Shown piece after piece: positions 8,901 to 18,834 of a stretch of 64,000 nucleotides of DNA (positions within the stretch are counted from its first letter, which is position 1; each line of letters opens with the position of its first letter). The translations under genes were made by a program, and so were the position numbers. Under the pieces are notes generated by a model, which worked only from the letters and a program-made list of their open reading frames with translations, did not search any database and was not told the DNA's origin. The stretch is taken from the IMG/VR virus record IMGVR_UViG_3300010885_054390, positions 1 to 64,000 of that record; one strand, written 5' to 3'. This DNA is from a virus.

Positions 8901-11117
8901 TTAAAGATTATCTGACATAACTTTTTGAGCGTTCTTAGCGTCTGCAATGGCCATTTCCTGTTGAGCCTTTGCAATCCTAATCTCGTTGTCTGCCTGTGCC
9001 TTTGCGCGGGCAATTTCAATAGAATTCTGTGCTTTCATGGCTTCAAACTGAATCCTCTGCTGGTCCAAGGAGGCTTGACCTTCGTTGCCGGATGCCTGCA
9101 TTTTTTCTTGTTCTGCCTGCATTCTGCGGCCTGTGTTCTCAACAAACTCACGCATAAGGTTAAGGATTTTAAGATACTGTTTAACCTCACTTTCCTTTGA
9201 GCGGTCCTTTGAGAGAAACTGAAGGTGGCCCGAGCAGTGGGGCATAAGGGCCGAAAAATACTGAAGCATCTGACGCTCGTCAACTTGTTGATTTTGTTCA
9301 AGCATTTGAAGGTTCTGGGCAACATCGGTGAAGTGGACGCGACAGTGTTCTCCATGTAGATCGTCAGGAGAAACTGGAATGGCCTTCCCATTCGACATAG
9401 CAGCATTTTCCAAAGTAGCCATTTTTGCGTCCAAAGTTGGGCGTAGTTTCTGAGCGTTGGGGGGCGGGACATATCGGTCGACATTCGAGTATCCAACTCG
9501 AGCGGCCACTCGGTCGCGCAAGAGATTTTGACGGCCAACTTCATCAAAGCCACCGGAGATCTGTAGAAACTCGTTAAAGGCCTGAAGACGCTGAGCAGGT
9601 GAGCCGTAGCCGACGGCGCGAACGGGCTCAACGTCTAGGAGTTCTGGCTTTAAGGCCTTGGTGTCTATCTTTCGCATCTTTAGGCGATTGTGGAATTCCT
9701 TCACATTCTCGTAGCCGCTCTCATATTCGCTATAGTTCTTATCAATCATCCGGCGGAAAACTTCCTTTAGAAATTTTTGCCAAGGAGTATAGAAAAGATT
9801 CATCGAGCTTGTAGTGAGAACGCTTTGATTCGCAACCGAGGCACGAATTTCTTCTGCCGTACGAGGTTTGCTTAGGCCGTCGCTAGTGCCTTCAATCTGG
9901 TAAGCGCCGCTAACATTCCCGCGCTGACGGCTGAGATCGTTAAGAATAGGCAGAGAAGCGTCGCCGATGTTTGTCATCCGTCCGTTAACAATCGAAACAT
10001 TTGGAGGGAGGATGGTGACAGGCCCTTGTTGGCTAAGAACAAAATTGTCGGCATCTGCGGGAGTTGCGGGCTGAAGTAGGAGAGTGGAATTTAAAAGCGC
10101 ACCGTCAATCATGGTGTTGCGGAATCGGTTGCTTACGGCAACGCTTGGGAAAATCTTGTGACCTAAGCCGCGAACGGAATGAAGAAGCCCATTCCCTACG
10201 CTAAAGGGGAAAAAGATAAAGGCTTCCGTGGCTTTTTTAAATCGCTTATTGCGTCTAAACAGAAACTCACCGGTGCCATCGCGAAGACCAATAAAGTGTG
10301 AATAGCTTCCATCGTTCTCCCGACAGTAGTAATGAACCACTGGAATCGTGGGGGAGCGAACGTAACTGTAGTGCAGCTCGTTGGTCTTAATTTCTTTTTG
10401 AAGTTGCTCCCAGTCATCGTGTTCGCGACCAACTTGTCCGGCGTTTGCGGAAGCCCGTTTAATCGCTTCCTTTACTTCCTTTACGTCCCAGCCGGCTTCC
10501 TTTGCGGCCTTCGGATCTTCAATGAAATCAAATAACTCGTGAGCAAGATAGCTGCGTTTAACCGCAACAAACTCAACCATATCTTCGTTTGTAGGGGTTT
10601 GGTCTGGGACTAAGAAGTCGCCAAGACCGCAGACGTTATACTTCCAGCTACTTTCGTTCTCAAAAAAAATTGCCCCCAAACCGTAGGCTACAAAGTTATG
10701 GGCCAGTAAATTGTACAAATAATGGAATCTGTCCCAACCAATAAAGGCGCGATGAAACTCTTCCGAGAGAATTTCCCCAATTTCTAAGTTAGCGGGATCG
10801 GCTCCGACATTTAAACGAATGTTGGCTAAGCGATCAACTCCGTTTACTAAGTCGACATACGCGGAAAGGGCTTTCTCTAGATCGGAGTAGGCCTCGCCAA
10901 AGTTCAGATTAGATCGGTAGCTTTGTCCTAAGGCCTTAAGTGTGGAGTTATTGTACGGAGGTTGTCCGTCAAACATCGACATAATACGAGCGCGATCCTG
11001 AGAGCGAATGTTATCCGCATCCCGAAGTTTGCGATACATTGTGTACGCGGAAAGATGATCTTTAATGCGAACGCGGGGTTGGCGTCCGGATTCGGTAATT
11101 GTTTCTAGGCCTTGCAC
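8901..11117 (-). CDS. Portal protein
   Basis: 738 aa immediately downstream of TerL; helical, with Q-rich coiled-coil C terminus. Confidence 0.75.
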   Translation of the reverse strand: MQGLETITESGRQPRVRIKDHLSAYTMYRKLRDADNIRSQDRARIMSMFDGQPPYNNSTLKALGQSYRSNLNFGEAYSDLEKALSAYVDLVNGVDRLANIRLNVGADPANLEIGEILSEEFHRAFIGWDRFHYLYNLLAHNFVAYGLGAIFFENESSWKYNVCGLGDFLVPDQTPTNEDMVEFVAVKRSYLAHELFDFIEDPKAAKEAGWDVKEVKEAIKRASANAGQVGREHDDWEQLQKEIKTNELHYSYVRSPTIPVVHYYCRENDGSYSHFIGLRDGTGEFLFRRNKRFKKATEAFIFFPFSVGNGLLHSVRGLGHKIFPSVAVSNRFRNTMIDGALLNSTLLLQPATPADADNFVLSQQGPVTILPPNVSIVNGRMTNIGDASLPILNDLSRQRGNVSGAYQIEGTSDGLSKPRTAEEIRASVANQSVLTTSSMNLFYTPWQKFLKEVFRRMIDKNYSEYESGYENVKEFHNRLKMRKIDTKALKPELLDVEPVRAVGYGSPAQRLQAFNEFLQISGGFDEVGRQNLLRDRVAARVGYSNVDRYVPPPNAQKLRPTLDAKMATLENAAMSNGKAIPVSPDDLHGEHCRVHFTDVAQNLQMLEQNQQVDERQMLQYFSALMPHCSGHLQFLSKDRSKESEVKQYLKILNLMREFVENTGRRMQAEQEKMQASGNEGQASLDQQRIQFEAMKAQNSIEIARAKAQADNEIRIAKAQQEMAIADAKNAQKVMSDNL

Positions 11118-11120
11118 GAC

Positions 11121-12881
11121 TTAGAAAGTCTGGTTAAGAAGGTCGATGTTGTCAACATCTGAAGATGCTAACATCAAATTAGATGAATCAAGGGCTCCGG
11201 CATCCTTTTTACGTACAATTGACCTCCAACTGGCTCTTTGGGTTTGCAGGTAGGTTCCGGAAGGGAAAAAGCCGTGAATCTGACGGGCTACGTCTAGGCA
11301 TATAAAAGCTGCATCCGCCAAGTCGGGGCTTCTCCCGACCCTGCTCTTGTAGTCAACCTTCGGCTCCAAACGGATCTTTCCGCCGGCAATCGTTAAGTAC
11401 TTTCGGTTAGTCATTTCCGTGGCTAGCTGTGGGGTGACGCCCCCTAGTTGAAAGCTCCGGAGAGCCTCCAAGGCTACATACCAAAGCTCAGTGGCTCGAA
11501 GGTCAAACTTGTCCCGAGCCAGCATAGGAGAGACGGCGCTCATTGGTAGCTCGGTGGGCTTGCTACCGAATTGCACGCGTAAGATTTGGGAGGAGCCAAG
11601 GATCTCCGAAAGAATGTCGCAAAAGGGCTCTCCACCTCCTGTCGAGTCAACGCCTATGTTTTTTGGAAGAATGTTTTGCTTTCGGCAAATATCTAAGACT
11701 TGGCGGGCTAATTGAAAGTGACGGGGATCGGGACTTCTAACGTCTTCTACTAAGTGAATAAATTGATCAAAGACAAACATAGGTATCCCGGTGGCAATGT
11801 TCTTCCCTAAGAAGCCTACGCAGGCAATAGTTCTGTCGCCGCCACGACTGAACGATGGATCGATGCCCATAATCTTAACGACGTCCGTAAGTGACGGGCG
11901 ACCTTCTCCGTTAAACTTTCGGATGTCTGCCTCGGAAAATACGCAGTCGTCTACTCCGGCAGGAGCAGGGAAGCTGCGAATGAAGCGCCAAAACTGTAGG
12001 GAGTTTTCGCCTTCGTAGGCCTTTGCCTCTTGAATTTTCTTAGTCGTTAGTAAGTACGGCCAGCGATCATCGCTAGTTAGGTTTGGCGATTTCATTCCGT
12101 CGAAGTGAAGACATAACCCCAACTTAGAGGGCCACTCCCCATCTTCTACAGTTACGGAACTCCAACCCGCCTTCGGCTGAGAAAACTGCCCGAAGGGGTC
12201 ATACATAGATTTAAAGTTTCCCAAGCCTACAAATTGAAACTCTGGATTTGAGTCCAAGTTATATAAGGCTTCTACGACAGACGAAGAGATGTCCGTCATT
12301 TCGTCGACAATCAAATACACTCGTTTCTGCTTTAGACCGATAAGCTTTGAGGAGGCTTCTTTTTCTTTCTCTGGGCTAGAGGGAATCAAAACAATTGCGG
12401 AACGATCTGAGCTCTCCCCTTCGTCTAGGCGCAAAATGCCCAAGGAATCTACCAGCTTTCCGGGGAGGCCCGGGACGGCCAAGTAAAGCTCCCGAATCGC
12501 GCCCCAAATTCGCATACGTGCTTCTTTGAGACTGGTTGAGGTCACAAGCACTAGTGTTTCCGAGGGTGAGGCCAGCCAATTGACCAAAGCCCAAACTGCC
12601 ATCGTTTGCGACTTCCCAGAGCTCTTTGGGCCGCTTACGGCTAGGTACTGATTGTCGCACGCTGCTTGAAGCATTTGCTCTGCCCAAGGGTGGAATTCAA
12701 AGCCGCTTTTTGTTTTTCCCTTCGCGGTATGAAGGGGCCAGAGACATTCAATAATCCTGCGGAGATGGCCATACTTCCCAAGGCCCCCATCCTGTTCGGA
12801 TAGTCCTTGCCGGAAGCAAACTAATTCGATGTCGAGGTCGCTTATCTCAGCGGGCCATACTTTCCCGTAACGTTCACGCAT
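11121..12881 (-). CDS. terL: Terminase large subunit
   Basis: Walker A GPKSSGKS, Walker B LIVDE, coupling motif GLGN, nuclease GIDPSF...GGD and SPDLADA. Start re-called at MRERYGK (12881). Confidence 0.9.
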   Translation of the reverse strand: MRERYGKVWPAEISDLDIELVCFRQGLSEQDGGLGKYGHLRRIIECLWPLHTAKGKTKSGFEFHPWAEQMLQAACDNQYLAVSGPKSSGKSQTMAVWALVNWLASPSETLVLVTSTSLKEARMRIWGAIRELYLAVPGLPGKLVDSLGILRLDEGESSDRSAIVLIPSSPEKEKEASSKLIGLKQKRVYLIVDEMTDISSSVVEALYNLDSNPEFQFVGLGNFKSMYDPFGQFSQPKAGWSSVTVEDGEWPSKLGLCLHFDGMKSPNLTSDDRWPYLLTTKKIQEAKAYEGENSLQFWRFIRSFPAPAGVDDCVFSEADIRKFNGEGRPSLTDVVKIMGIDPSFSRGGDRTIACVGFLGKNIATGIPMFVFDQFIHLVEDVRSPDPRHFQLARQVLDICRKQNILPKNIGVDSTGGGEPFCDILSEILGSSQILRVQFGSKPTELPMSAVSPMLARDKFDLRATELWYVALEALRSFQLGGVTPQLATEMTNRKYLTIAGGKIRLEPKVDYKSRVGRSPDLADAAFICLDVARQIHGFFPSGTYLQTQRASWRSIVRKKDAGALDSSNLMLASSDVDNIDLLNQTF

Positions 12882-12956
12882 TAAAATTAGTATCTCAATA
12901 AAATTTGATTTGACAACAAAAAGAAAAACTAGAGAGTACGCAAAGTAAAAAAATGA

Positions 12957-13457
12957 ATGAGAATAGAAAACGCAAAAATAGTAGGAATCGATCCGGGGAA
13001 AAGCGGCGGAATAGCGTACGTAAATGCAAACGACGTGATAGTAGCAGAGCCGTTCGGGAAGACGGAAGGGGACATACTGAATCAGCTTCGGGCTGTGATT
13101 GCGCCAAAAACAAAAGTGTATCTGGAACAAGTGGGAGGGTACGCGGGAAGAAGCCTGCCGGGGAGTGCGATGTTCAACTTTGGAAGAAACTATGGGTTTA
13201 TAATTGGTGTGTTAATGGAGAGGGAAGCCCGAGTTTCTCTTGTGACGCCGCAACGATGGCAAAAAACTCTTGGCGCGGGGACGAGGGGGGAAAGAACAAG
13301 GGACAAATGGAAACTGCATTTGAAGGGACTCGCTCAACTTTCATTTCCCGGTTTGTCAACTATATCTCTGGCAACAAGTGACGCTTTATTAATATTAAAA
13401 TACGCAATGATTCAAGAATCCATATCTCACCATGCCGTTGTTCAACTACCAGCTTGA
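12957..13457 (+). CDS. RuvC-like Holliday junction resolvase
   Basis: IVGIDPGKSGGIA, YLEQV, SAMFNFGRNYG, VTPQRWQK, SDALLI. Confidence 0.85.
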   Translation: MRIENAKIVGIDPGKSGGIAYVNANDVIVAEPFGKTEGDILNQLRAVIAPKTKVYLEQVGGYAGRSLPGSAMFNFGRNYGFIIGVLMEREARVSLVTPQRWQKTLGAGTRGERTRDKWKLHLKGLAQLSFPGLSTISLATSDALLILKYAMIQESISHHAVVQLPA

Positions 13458-14664
13458 TAGCGCAAATAAAATCCTCTCGGCGATTAAAAACGGGGAAAAA
13501 TTTGTCCTCGATGCGTCGGACACGGGTAGCGGGAAAACGCCGAAGACCTGCCACATTCTTAAAGAGCTGGACCTACCGTTTGCCATCGTTTGCCCGAAGA
13601 TGGTCATACCTACATGGAAAAGATGGTGTGCGGAGTTTGGCATTGAGCCTCAGTTCATTCTTAATTACGAGAAGCTTAAAACGGGGAAGACGCCATACGG
13701 AAAGTTTGAAGACGGTGTTTGGAAGTGGGATGTCGAGTCGAACACTTTTTTTGTCTTTGACGAAGCCCATAAATGCAAAGGAAGAGAGTCTCAAAACGGA
13801 AAGGTATTATCCGCGTCTAAACCCTATCGGGGTATCTTGCTTTCAGCGACGGTTGCGGACAATCCTCTCGACTTGTTCCATACGGGATACGTTTTGGGGC
13901 TACACGAAAAATCAAATTATTGGTCATGGGCGCACGCCCACGGGGTACGACCAGTTAACTTTAACGTTGGGAGGAGGGTCCGGAGACAAATGGTTTGGTG
14001 GGGAAAGACGGAAGATCTGGCTAAAATAAGGGCAAGTATTTTCCCGAAGAAGGGCGACAAGGTAAGAGTAAGTGAAGTGCCAGATTTTCCACAAAATAAC
14101 GTTTTTGCCGACCCAATTGACTACAACAGTCCGGAGCTTCAAAAGAAAGTCGCCCACCTCAATGATCCAGACTTTCACGACATCACGGAGGTACGAAAAC
14201 AAATTGAATTGCTCCGCGTGCCGACTATTGCCGAAATCGCTAAGGACAGGGAGGCAGAGGGAAAGTCGGTTGTTATTTTTGCCAATTATCACGAGTCTAT
14301 TGACGCTTTGTGCAAAGCTCTCCGATGCGATAACCTTGATGGCCGCGTCTCGGACAAGAAAAGACAAGAGGTCATTGCGAACTTTCAAAGCAACAAAAAG
14401 ACGATCTTGGTGTGTCAAATTCAACTCGGGATTGGAATTGATCTTCACGACCTTCATGGGAGGCCTCGGGTTAGCTTACTTTGCCCGACTTTCTCCGCAG
14501 TTGATCTTAAGCAAGCTATTGGTCGTATTTGGCGTTCCGGCGCGAAGTCGCCGTCGTTTCAGTACATTCTTTTTTGTGCGAACAGCTACGAAGACGAGGT
14601 ATGTAAAAAACTTCAAAAGAAACTCAAACAAATCGAAACACTAACAGATGGAGACCTACAATGA
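13432..14664 (+). CDS. Superfamily 2 (SNF2-like) helicase
   Basis: DTGSGKT, DEAH, LSAT, QAIGRIWRSG. Confidence 0.9.
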   Translation: MPLFNYQLDSANKILSAIKNGEKFVLDASDTGSGKTPKTCHILKELDLPFAIVCPKMVIPTWKRWCAEFGIEPQFILNYEKLKTGKTPYGKFEDGVWKWDVESNTFFVFDEAHKCKGRESQNGKVLSASKPYRGILLSATVADNPLDLFHTGYVLGLHEKSNYWSWAHAHGVRPVNFNVGRRVRRQMVWWGKTEDLAKIRASIFPKKGDKVRVSEVPDFPQNNVFADPIDYNSPELQKKVAHLNDPDFHDITEVRKQIELLRVPTIAEIAKDREAEGKSVVIFANYHESIDALCKALRCDNLDGRVSDKKRQEVIANFQSNKKTILVCQIQLGIGIDLHDLHGRPRVSLLCPTFSAVDLKQAIGRIWRSGAKSPSFQYILFCANSYEDEVCKKLQKKLKQIETLTDGDLQ

Positions 14665-15767
14665 AAAAACACGCTGAATTTGCACCTTCTTCCCTATCTA
14701 TGTTTGAAAAGTGTGCTCGCTACATTCCCGAGGCAGGGGATGACAAAATCTGGGCAAAGGAAGGTACGGCCATGCACCACGCAATGGAAACAGGAGATCT
14801 TACGGGCTTAGACGGGGAGCAAAGGGTATGTGTAGAAAAGTGCTGGGAAGTCTTTGAGGAAGAAACCAAAGACGCCACCGAAATCCATAAGGAGCTTACT
14901 TTGGAAATAGCTGGTAATACGACCTTTGGAACTGCCGATTTGATTGCCCTATGGCCAAAGAAAGCTTTCATCGGGGACGCGAAGTTCGGAAGAGTTGCCG
15001 TTACCGACGCAAAGATAAACCTGCAAGGTTGGGCCTACGCCATTGGGTTGTTTGAAAAGTACCCACACATAGATGACATCACTGTAATGTTTGTGCAGCC
15101 AAGATTAACAATGGTAACAAGCCATTCGTTTAACCGTCAAAAAGACTTTGAAAGAATTAAAGGGCGGGTGGATTCAATAATTGAGAAGGCAACCCTCGCA
15201 AGGAAAAGTAAGAAAAAAGATTACTACTCTCCGAACGAAATTTCTTGCCTATACTGCGGGAATCGGGCATCGTGTCCCGCTGTGGCAAAACTAGCTGTAC
15301 CAGTTGCGAGGGCGAACGACACAACTTTGGCGAAAAATTTACCAAAGTTAATCGATCCAAAAAAACTAACAACACCAACCCTACGTTCTAACGCAGAGGT
15401 TACTCGTAGGATCTTGGAGAAGTGGTGTGACGCAGTTAAGCAGTGGTGCGATTCTGTGAAAGAACATAACGTTAGTGCTGTGGTAAACGGAGAAGATGTT
15501 CCGGGCTACTCGATTCGTTATCGAAAGAATCCGAGAAAGATTTTAAGCATCGACGCAGCTTTCGAGGCTGTGAAGGACAGAATGAGCCGACCGGAATTCG
15601 AGGCTCTCTGCTCGGTGAGTATTTCCGCGTTGGTAGAATCAATATCGTCCAAGTTGGACGGAACTGTTAGCGCTGGGAAACTGCGAGATCAACTCGTAGG
15701 TCAACTAGAAGAAGTAAATGCAATAAGCGAAGAAATAAGTACACCATACTTAGGTCCAAATAAATAA
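14661..15767 (+). CDS. PD-(D/E)XK nuclease, Cas4-like/DUF2800 type
   Basis: HAEFAPSS, EGTAMH, GTADL..DAKFG, Cys cluster CLYC..CP. Confidence 0.8.
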   Translation: MKKHAEFAPSSLSMFEKCARYIPEAGDDKIWAKEGTAMHHAMETGDLTGLDGEQRVCVEKCWEVFEEETKDATEIHKELTLEIAGNTTFGTADLIALWPKKAFIGDAKFGRVAVTDAKINLQGWAYAIGLFEKYPHIDDITVMFVQPRLTMVTSHSFNRQKDFERIKGRVDSIIEKATLARKSKKKDYYSPNEISCLYCGNRASCPAVAKLAVPVARANDTTLAKNLPKLIDPKKLTTPTLRSNAEVTRRILEKWCDAVKQWCDSVKEHNVSAVVNGEDVPGYSIRYRKNPRKILSIDAAFEAVKDRMSRPEFEALCSVSISALVESISSKLDGTVSAGKLRDQLVGQLEEVNAISEEISTPYLGPNK

Positions 15768-15792
15768 ACTAATAAATAAATAAGGAGTATAT

Positions 15793-16548
15793 ATGAAAAC
15801 ATCATTAAAATCAGAAAAGGATACGAAAAAAGAATTGGCTGTAACGGAAGGCGCTCAGTTGGCGACCGCTCCCGCAGGCTTTGAGGAGGCTGGCGAGATT
15901 CTCGCTTCCGACCTTAACACGCCTCGCTTGCAGCTTATCAACAAAATGAGCACCTTGAGCGATACCTTTGCTCCCGGCTCATGGGTCTTTGATAAGGAGA
16001 TCGTTCTTGCGGATGGCAAGACACCCTTCGAGGCGACCGTATTGGCCATTCGTAAGAGCTACATTGAGCTCTTGGAATACGGCACCGAGCAACAGCCAAA
16101 GAGAGTGACTAAGCTCAGCGAAGTCGCGGCTCTTGGTCAGATTGCCTACGGAAAGACGCAAGCGGATGCCATTCGTAAAGAGAATCAGATTCCCTTCACG
16201 GAAATGGCAGATTGCTTGGTTCTTATCCCAGCTCCGGAAAAAATCAGCGAAGTGAACGCTTTGCGTTTTTCCGAGGAGTATAACGGCAAGCGTTATGGAT
16301 TGGCGATGTGGACACTTCGTGGTTCCGCATACAAATCCGCAAAGCAAATCTTCACCAGTATGCGTTCCGTTCTGCGGAATGGCTTAGAGGCTGGCAAATG
16401 GGAGTGTGTTTCGAAGTATGTTTCGAAGGACACTAAACAGAGCTGGTACGAGCCAAGCATGAGGCTTTTGGGTCTCCACGACGCGAAGTTCACGGAGTGG
16501 GCCAAGAAGATCAAAGAAGGCATTGCGACGACACCCTCGGCAGAGTAA
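15793..16548 (+). CDS. Putative ssDNA-binding/annealing protein
   Basis: Position between nuclease and polymerase, strong RBS (taaggag), SDLNTPRLQL N-terminal motif; function inferred from context. Confidence 0.5.
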   Translation: MKTSLKSEKDTKKELAVTEGAQLATAPAGFEEAGEILASDLNTPRLQLINKMSTLSDTFAPGSWVFDKEIVLADGKTPFEATVLAIRKSYIELLEYGTEQQPKRVTKLSEVAALGQIAYGKTQADAIRKENQIPFTEMADCLVLIPAPEKISEVNALRFSEEYNGKRYGLAMWTLRGSAYKSAKQIFTSMRSVLRNGLEAGKWECVSKYVSKDTKQSWYEPSMRLLGLHDAKFTEWAKKIKEGIATTPSAE

Positions 16549-16554
16549 CTAGTC

Positions 16555-16857
16555 GTGGCAGAAACCTACCCCAGCCCGGAGGAAGTAGCTTGCGTTGCGA
16601 GCGAAACCATTCTTGCTTTGATGACTCGAGGAGGCACAGCTTCTTCGGGCTCAGACAAGTCCGGGCCGGGGGATTGGTTTTGGCGAGATAACTTTCGGTA
16701 TAATACTGACAGAATTATTTCTCACTTGTCGGCAGCTACCCAAATGATTGACGGCAATAAGAATATGGATGCAGAGGGACCCGAGGGACATCTAGCTAGA
16801 GCCTTATGTAGAGCAGCTTTCGTTTTTATTAAATTCAAGAAAGGAAAAATTAAATGA
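16555..16857 (+). CDS. dATP/dGTP diphosphohydrolase-like (DUF5664-type) protein
   Basis: DW..DN...DRIISHL...GNKNMDAEG..GHLARALCRAAF pattern. Confidence 0.55.
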   Translation: MAETYPSPEEVACVASETILALMTRGGTASSGSDKSGPGDWFWRDNFRYNTDRIISHLSAATQMIDGNKNMDAEGPEGHLARALCRAAFVFIKFKKGKIK

Positions 16858-17099
16858 GTGCTACTGTAGAAATTAAATTCTTAGAAAAAACTGATGAACC
16901 CGGAAATGTAAAAATTGAGGTCTATACCTCTAAGTTTGAGCCCAGTCAGGCAGAACTTACAATGGCCAGAGCCTTTCATACTTCGGTTGTCGACTGCATA
17001 GATGATGTGGTTAAACGGACAAACGAACAAAAATCTACAACCCAAGACACTGAGGTTAAAAAAGATGCTCCCAGAATCATTACGCCCGACAGCTATTGA
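16854..17099 (+). CDS. Hypothetical protein
   Basis: ATGA overlap with the upstream gene. Confidence 0.6.
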   Translation: MSATVEIKFLEKTDEPGNVKIEVYTSKFEPSQAELTMARAFHTSVVDCIDDVVKRTNEQKSTTQDTEVKKDAPRIITPDSY

Positions 17100-18834
17100 C
17101 TTTGAAAGTTACTACGACGACCAACTCAGCATTGGGATACAAGGACAAGAAAAGTACTTAGAGCAAACTGATGTCTATATGGTGGCTATCGCCTCCGATG
17201 ACGTCAATTATTGCGGCCCAGTTGAGAAGGCTCCGTGGGAGAAGATTGATGGGCGCCTATGGTTAGCCCATAACTACAGCTTCGACGGTTGTGTGGTGGA
17301 GGTTCTCCGTAGAAAGGGAATTATCCGAAACAGTAAGGCGGGGGCACAGTTTTGTACCTCTAACTTAGCTGCCTACCTACAGTGTCCGAGAAGCTTGGCA
17401 GACGCCTCCCATTTCTTGCTCAACAGAAGCATATCTAAGGACCCTCGAAAGTTTATGAAGGGGAAGCATTGGAAGGATGTAGAGGAGGAAAAGAAAAAAG
17501 AGATTATCCAATACGCAGAGGCAGACGCGAAGACTTGCTTGGAGCTGTTTAATAAATACTCTGCGAAGATGCCTGCTCACGAAGTAGAGCTAGCGAACCA
17601 CACTACTGAGATGGGGTGGAAGGGCTTGGCCATCGATAAAGAAAAAGTAAAGCAAGGCATCGAGAAGTTGGAGTGGGCGATGATTAAGGCCGAAAGAGAA
17701 ATTCCTTGGGCCCAAGAAGATCTCCCCCCACTGAGTCTTGTTGAATTAGCGAAGTGGTGCCGAGATAAGGGCATTGAGCCGCCTGTCACTACCAATGAGG
17801 ACAGCCCCGAGTGCATTGAGTGGGAGGAGAAATACGGGGAGAAATATCCTGTGGTTGCAGCTATGCGAACCTACCGCAAGGCCAATACTATTCTTTCCAA
17901 GATTAAAATCCTCGAGACAAGAATGCGACCCGACGGAACCTTCCCCTACGGCCTTCGATATTGCGGAGCCTTCACGGGAAGATTTTCCGGAGACAGTCGC
18001 TTTAATATGCAGAATCTTCCGAGGGGAGAAATTCTCGGCGTAGATCTTCGTAGTTGCATTATTCCAAGGCCCGGAAAAATATTTGTCATTGCGGACTTCG
18101 CGCAGATTGAGCCGCGAGTACTTGCCTACATTGCAGGCAACGAAAAACTTCTTGAGGCGATGCGGGAGGGCTACGGAATCTATGAAGCCTTTGCCGCCGG
18201 CGCCTTAGGATGGCAGGGAAAACCCGGAACCTTTAAGAAAACTGATCCCGCTGGATATATGCTAGCGAAGGCATCCGTCTTGGGGCTGGGTTATGGCGCA
18301 GGGTGGAAGAAGTTCAAGCAAATTGCAGCGATGCAATATGGCTTAAAATTAAATGATGAAGAGGCGTCGAAAACGGTTGACAACTTCCGTACACGGAACA
18401 GACAGATAGTTAACCTATGGCAGAAACTCGAAGCTGGGCTAAAGAAATCGCACAAGACGGACTTCGAGGTGGAGCTTCCGAGCGGAAGGAGTCTGGTGTA
18501 TCGGGGGGTGGACGACTCCCTCCGGAATCCCTATGGGAGACCTGCTTGGGGCGCTTCTCAGGGGTATGCGAAGGAGAAAGTGACATTATGGGGTGGGAAG
18601 CTCTGCGAGAATGTTATCCAAGCTACAGCAAGGGACATCTTAGCGGAGTCAGTTCTACGCCTAGAAAAGAGTGGATTTCCAGTGGTATGCCATATACATG
18701 ACGAAGTCATCGTAGAATGCGACCCGGATACCAACATCGAAGACATCAAACAACTTTTATGTAAGGCGCCCGAATGGATGGAGGGTCTTCCCATCGACGT
18801 CGAGGCCGAGAAAGCGGAGTTCTATAAAAAATGA
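17002..18834 (+). CDS. polA: DNA polymerase family A with 3'-5' exonuclease domain (true start probably ~17065)
   Basis: AIDFES, LAHN, TGRFSG..NMQN, motif A ADFAQIEPR, motif B AKASVLGLGYG, motif C HIHDE. Confidence 0.92.
   Translation: MMWLNGQTNKNLQPKTLRLKKMLPESLRPTAIDFESYYDDQLSIGIQGQEKYLEQTDVYMVAIASDDVNYCGPVEKAPWEKIDGRLWLAHNYSFDGCVVEVLRRKGIIRNSKAGAQFCTSNLAAYLQCPRSLADASHFLLNRSISKDPRKFMKGKHWKDVEEEKKKEIIQYAEADAKTCLELFNKYSAKMPAHEVELANHTTEMGWKGLAIDKEKVKQGIEKLEWAMIKAEREIPWAQEDLPPLSLVELAKWCRDKGIEPPVTTNEDSPECIEWEEKYGEKYPVVAAMRTYRKANTILSKIKILETRMRPDGTFPYGLRYCGAFTGRFSGDSRFNMQNLPRGEILGVDLRSCIIPRPGKIFVIADFAQIEPRVLAYIAGNEKLLEAMREGYGIYEAFAAGALGWQGKPGTFKKTDPAGYMLAKASVLGLGYGAGWKKFKQIAAMQYGLKLNDEEASKTVDNFRTRNRQIVNLWQKLEAGLKKSHKTDFEVELPSGRSLVYRGVDDSLRNPYGRPAWGASQGYAKEKVTLWGGKLCENVIQATARDILAESVLRLEKSGFPVVCHIHDEVIVECDPDTNIEDIKQLLCKAPEWMEGLPIDVEAEKAEFYKK

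Noticed and set aside
12882-13130. N-terminal 83 aa of the track's 669-aa TerL
   Set aside because: Overlaps the divergent resolvase gene and promoter region and has non-protein-like composition; the real start is MRERYGK.
14661-15767. Cas4-like nuclease as evidence for CRISPR-Cas
   Set aside because: No repeat-spacer array or other cas genes; it is a routine phage replication-module nuclease.
16555-18834. Z-genome or 7-deazaguanine modification system
   Set aside because: No purZ, queC/D/E, folE or dpdA recognisable in the window; the rest of the genome is unseen.
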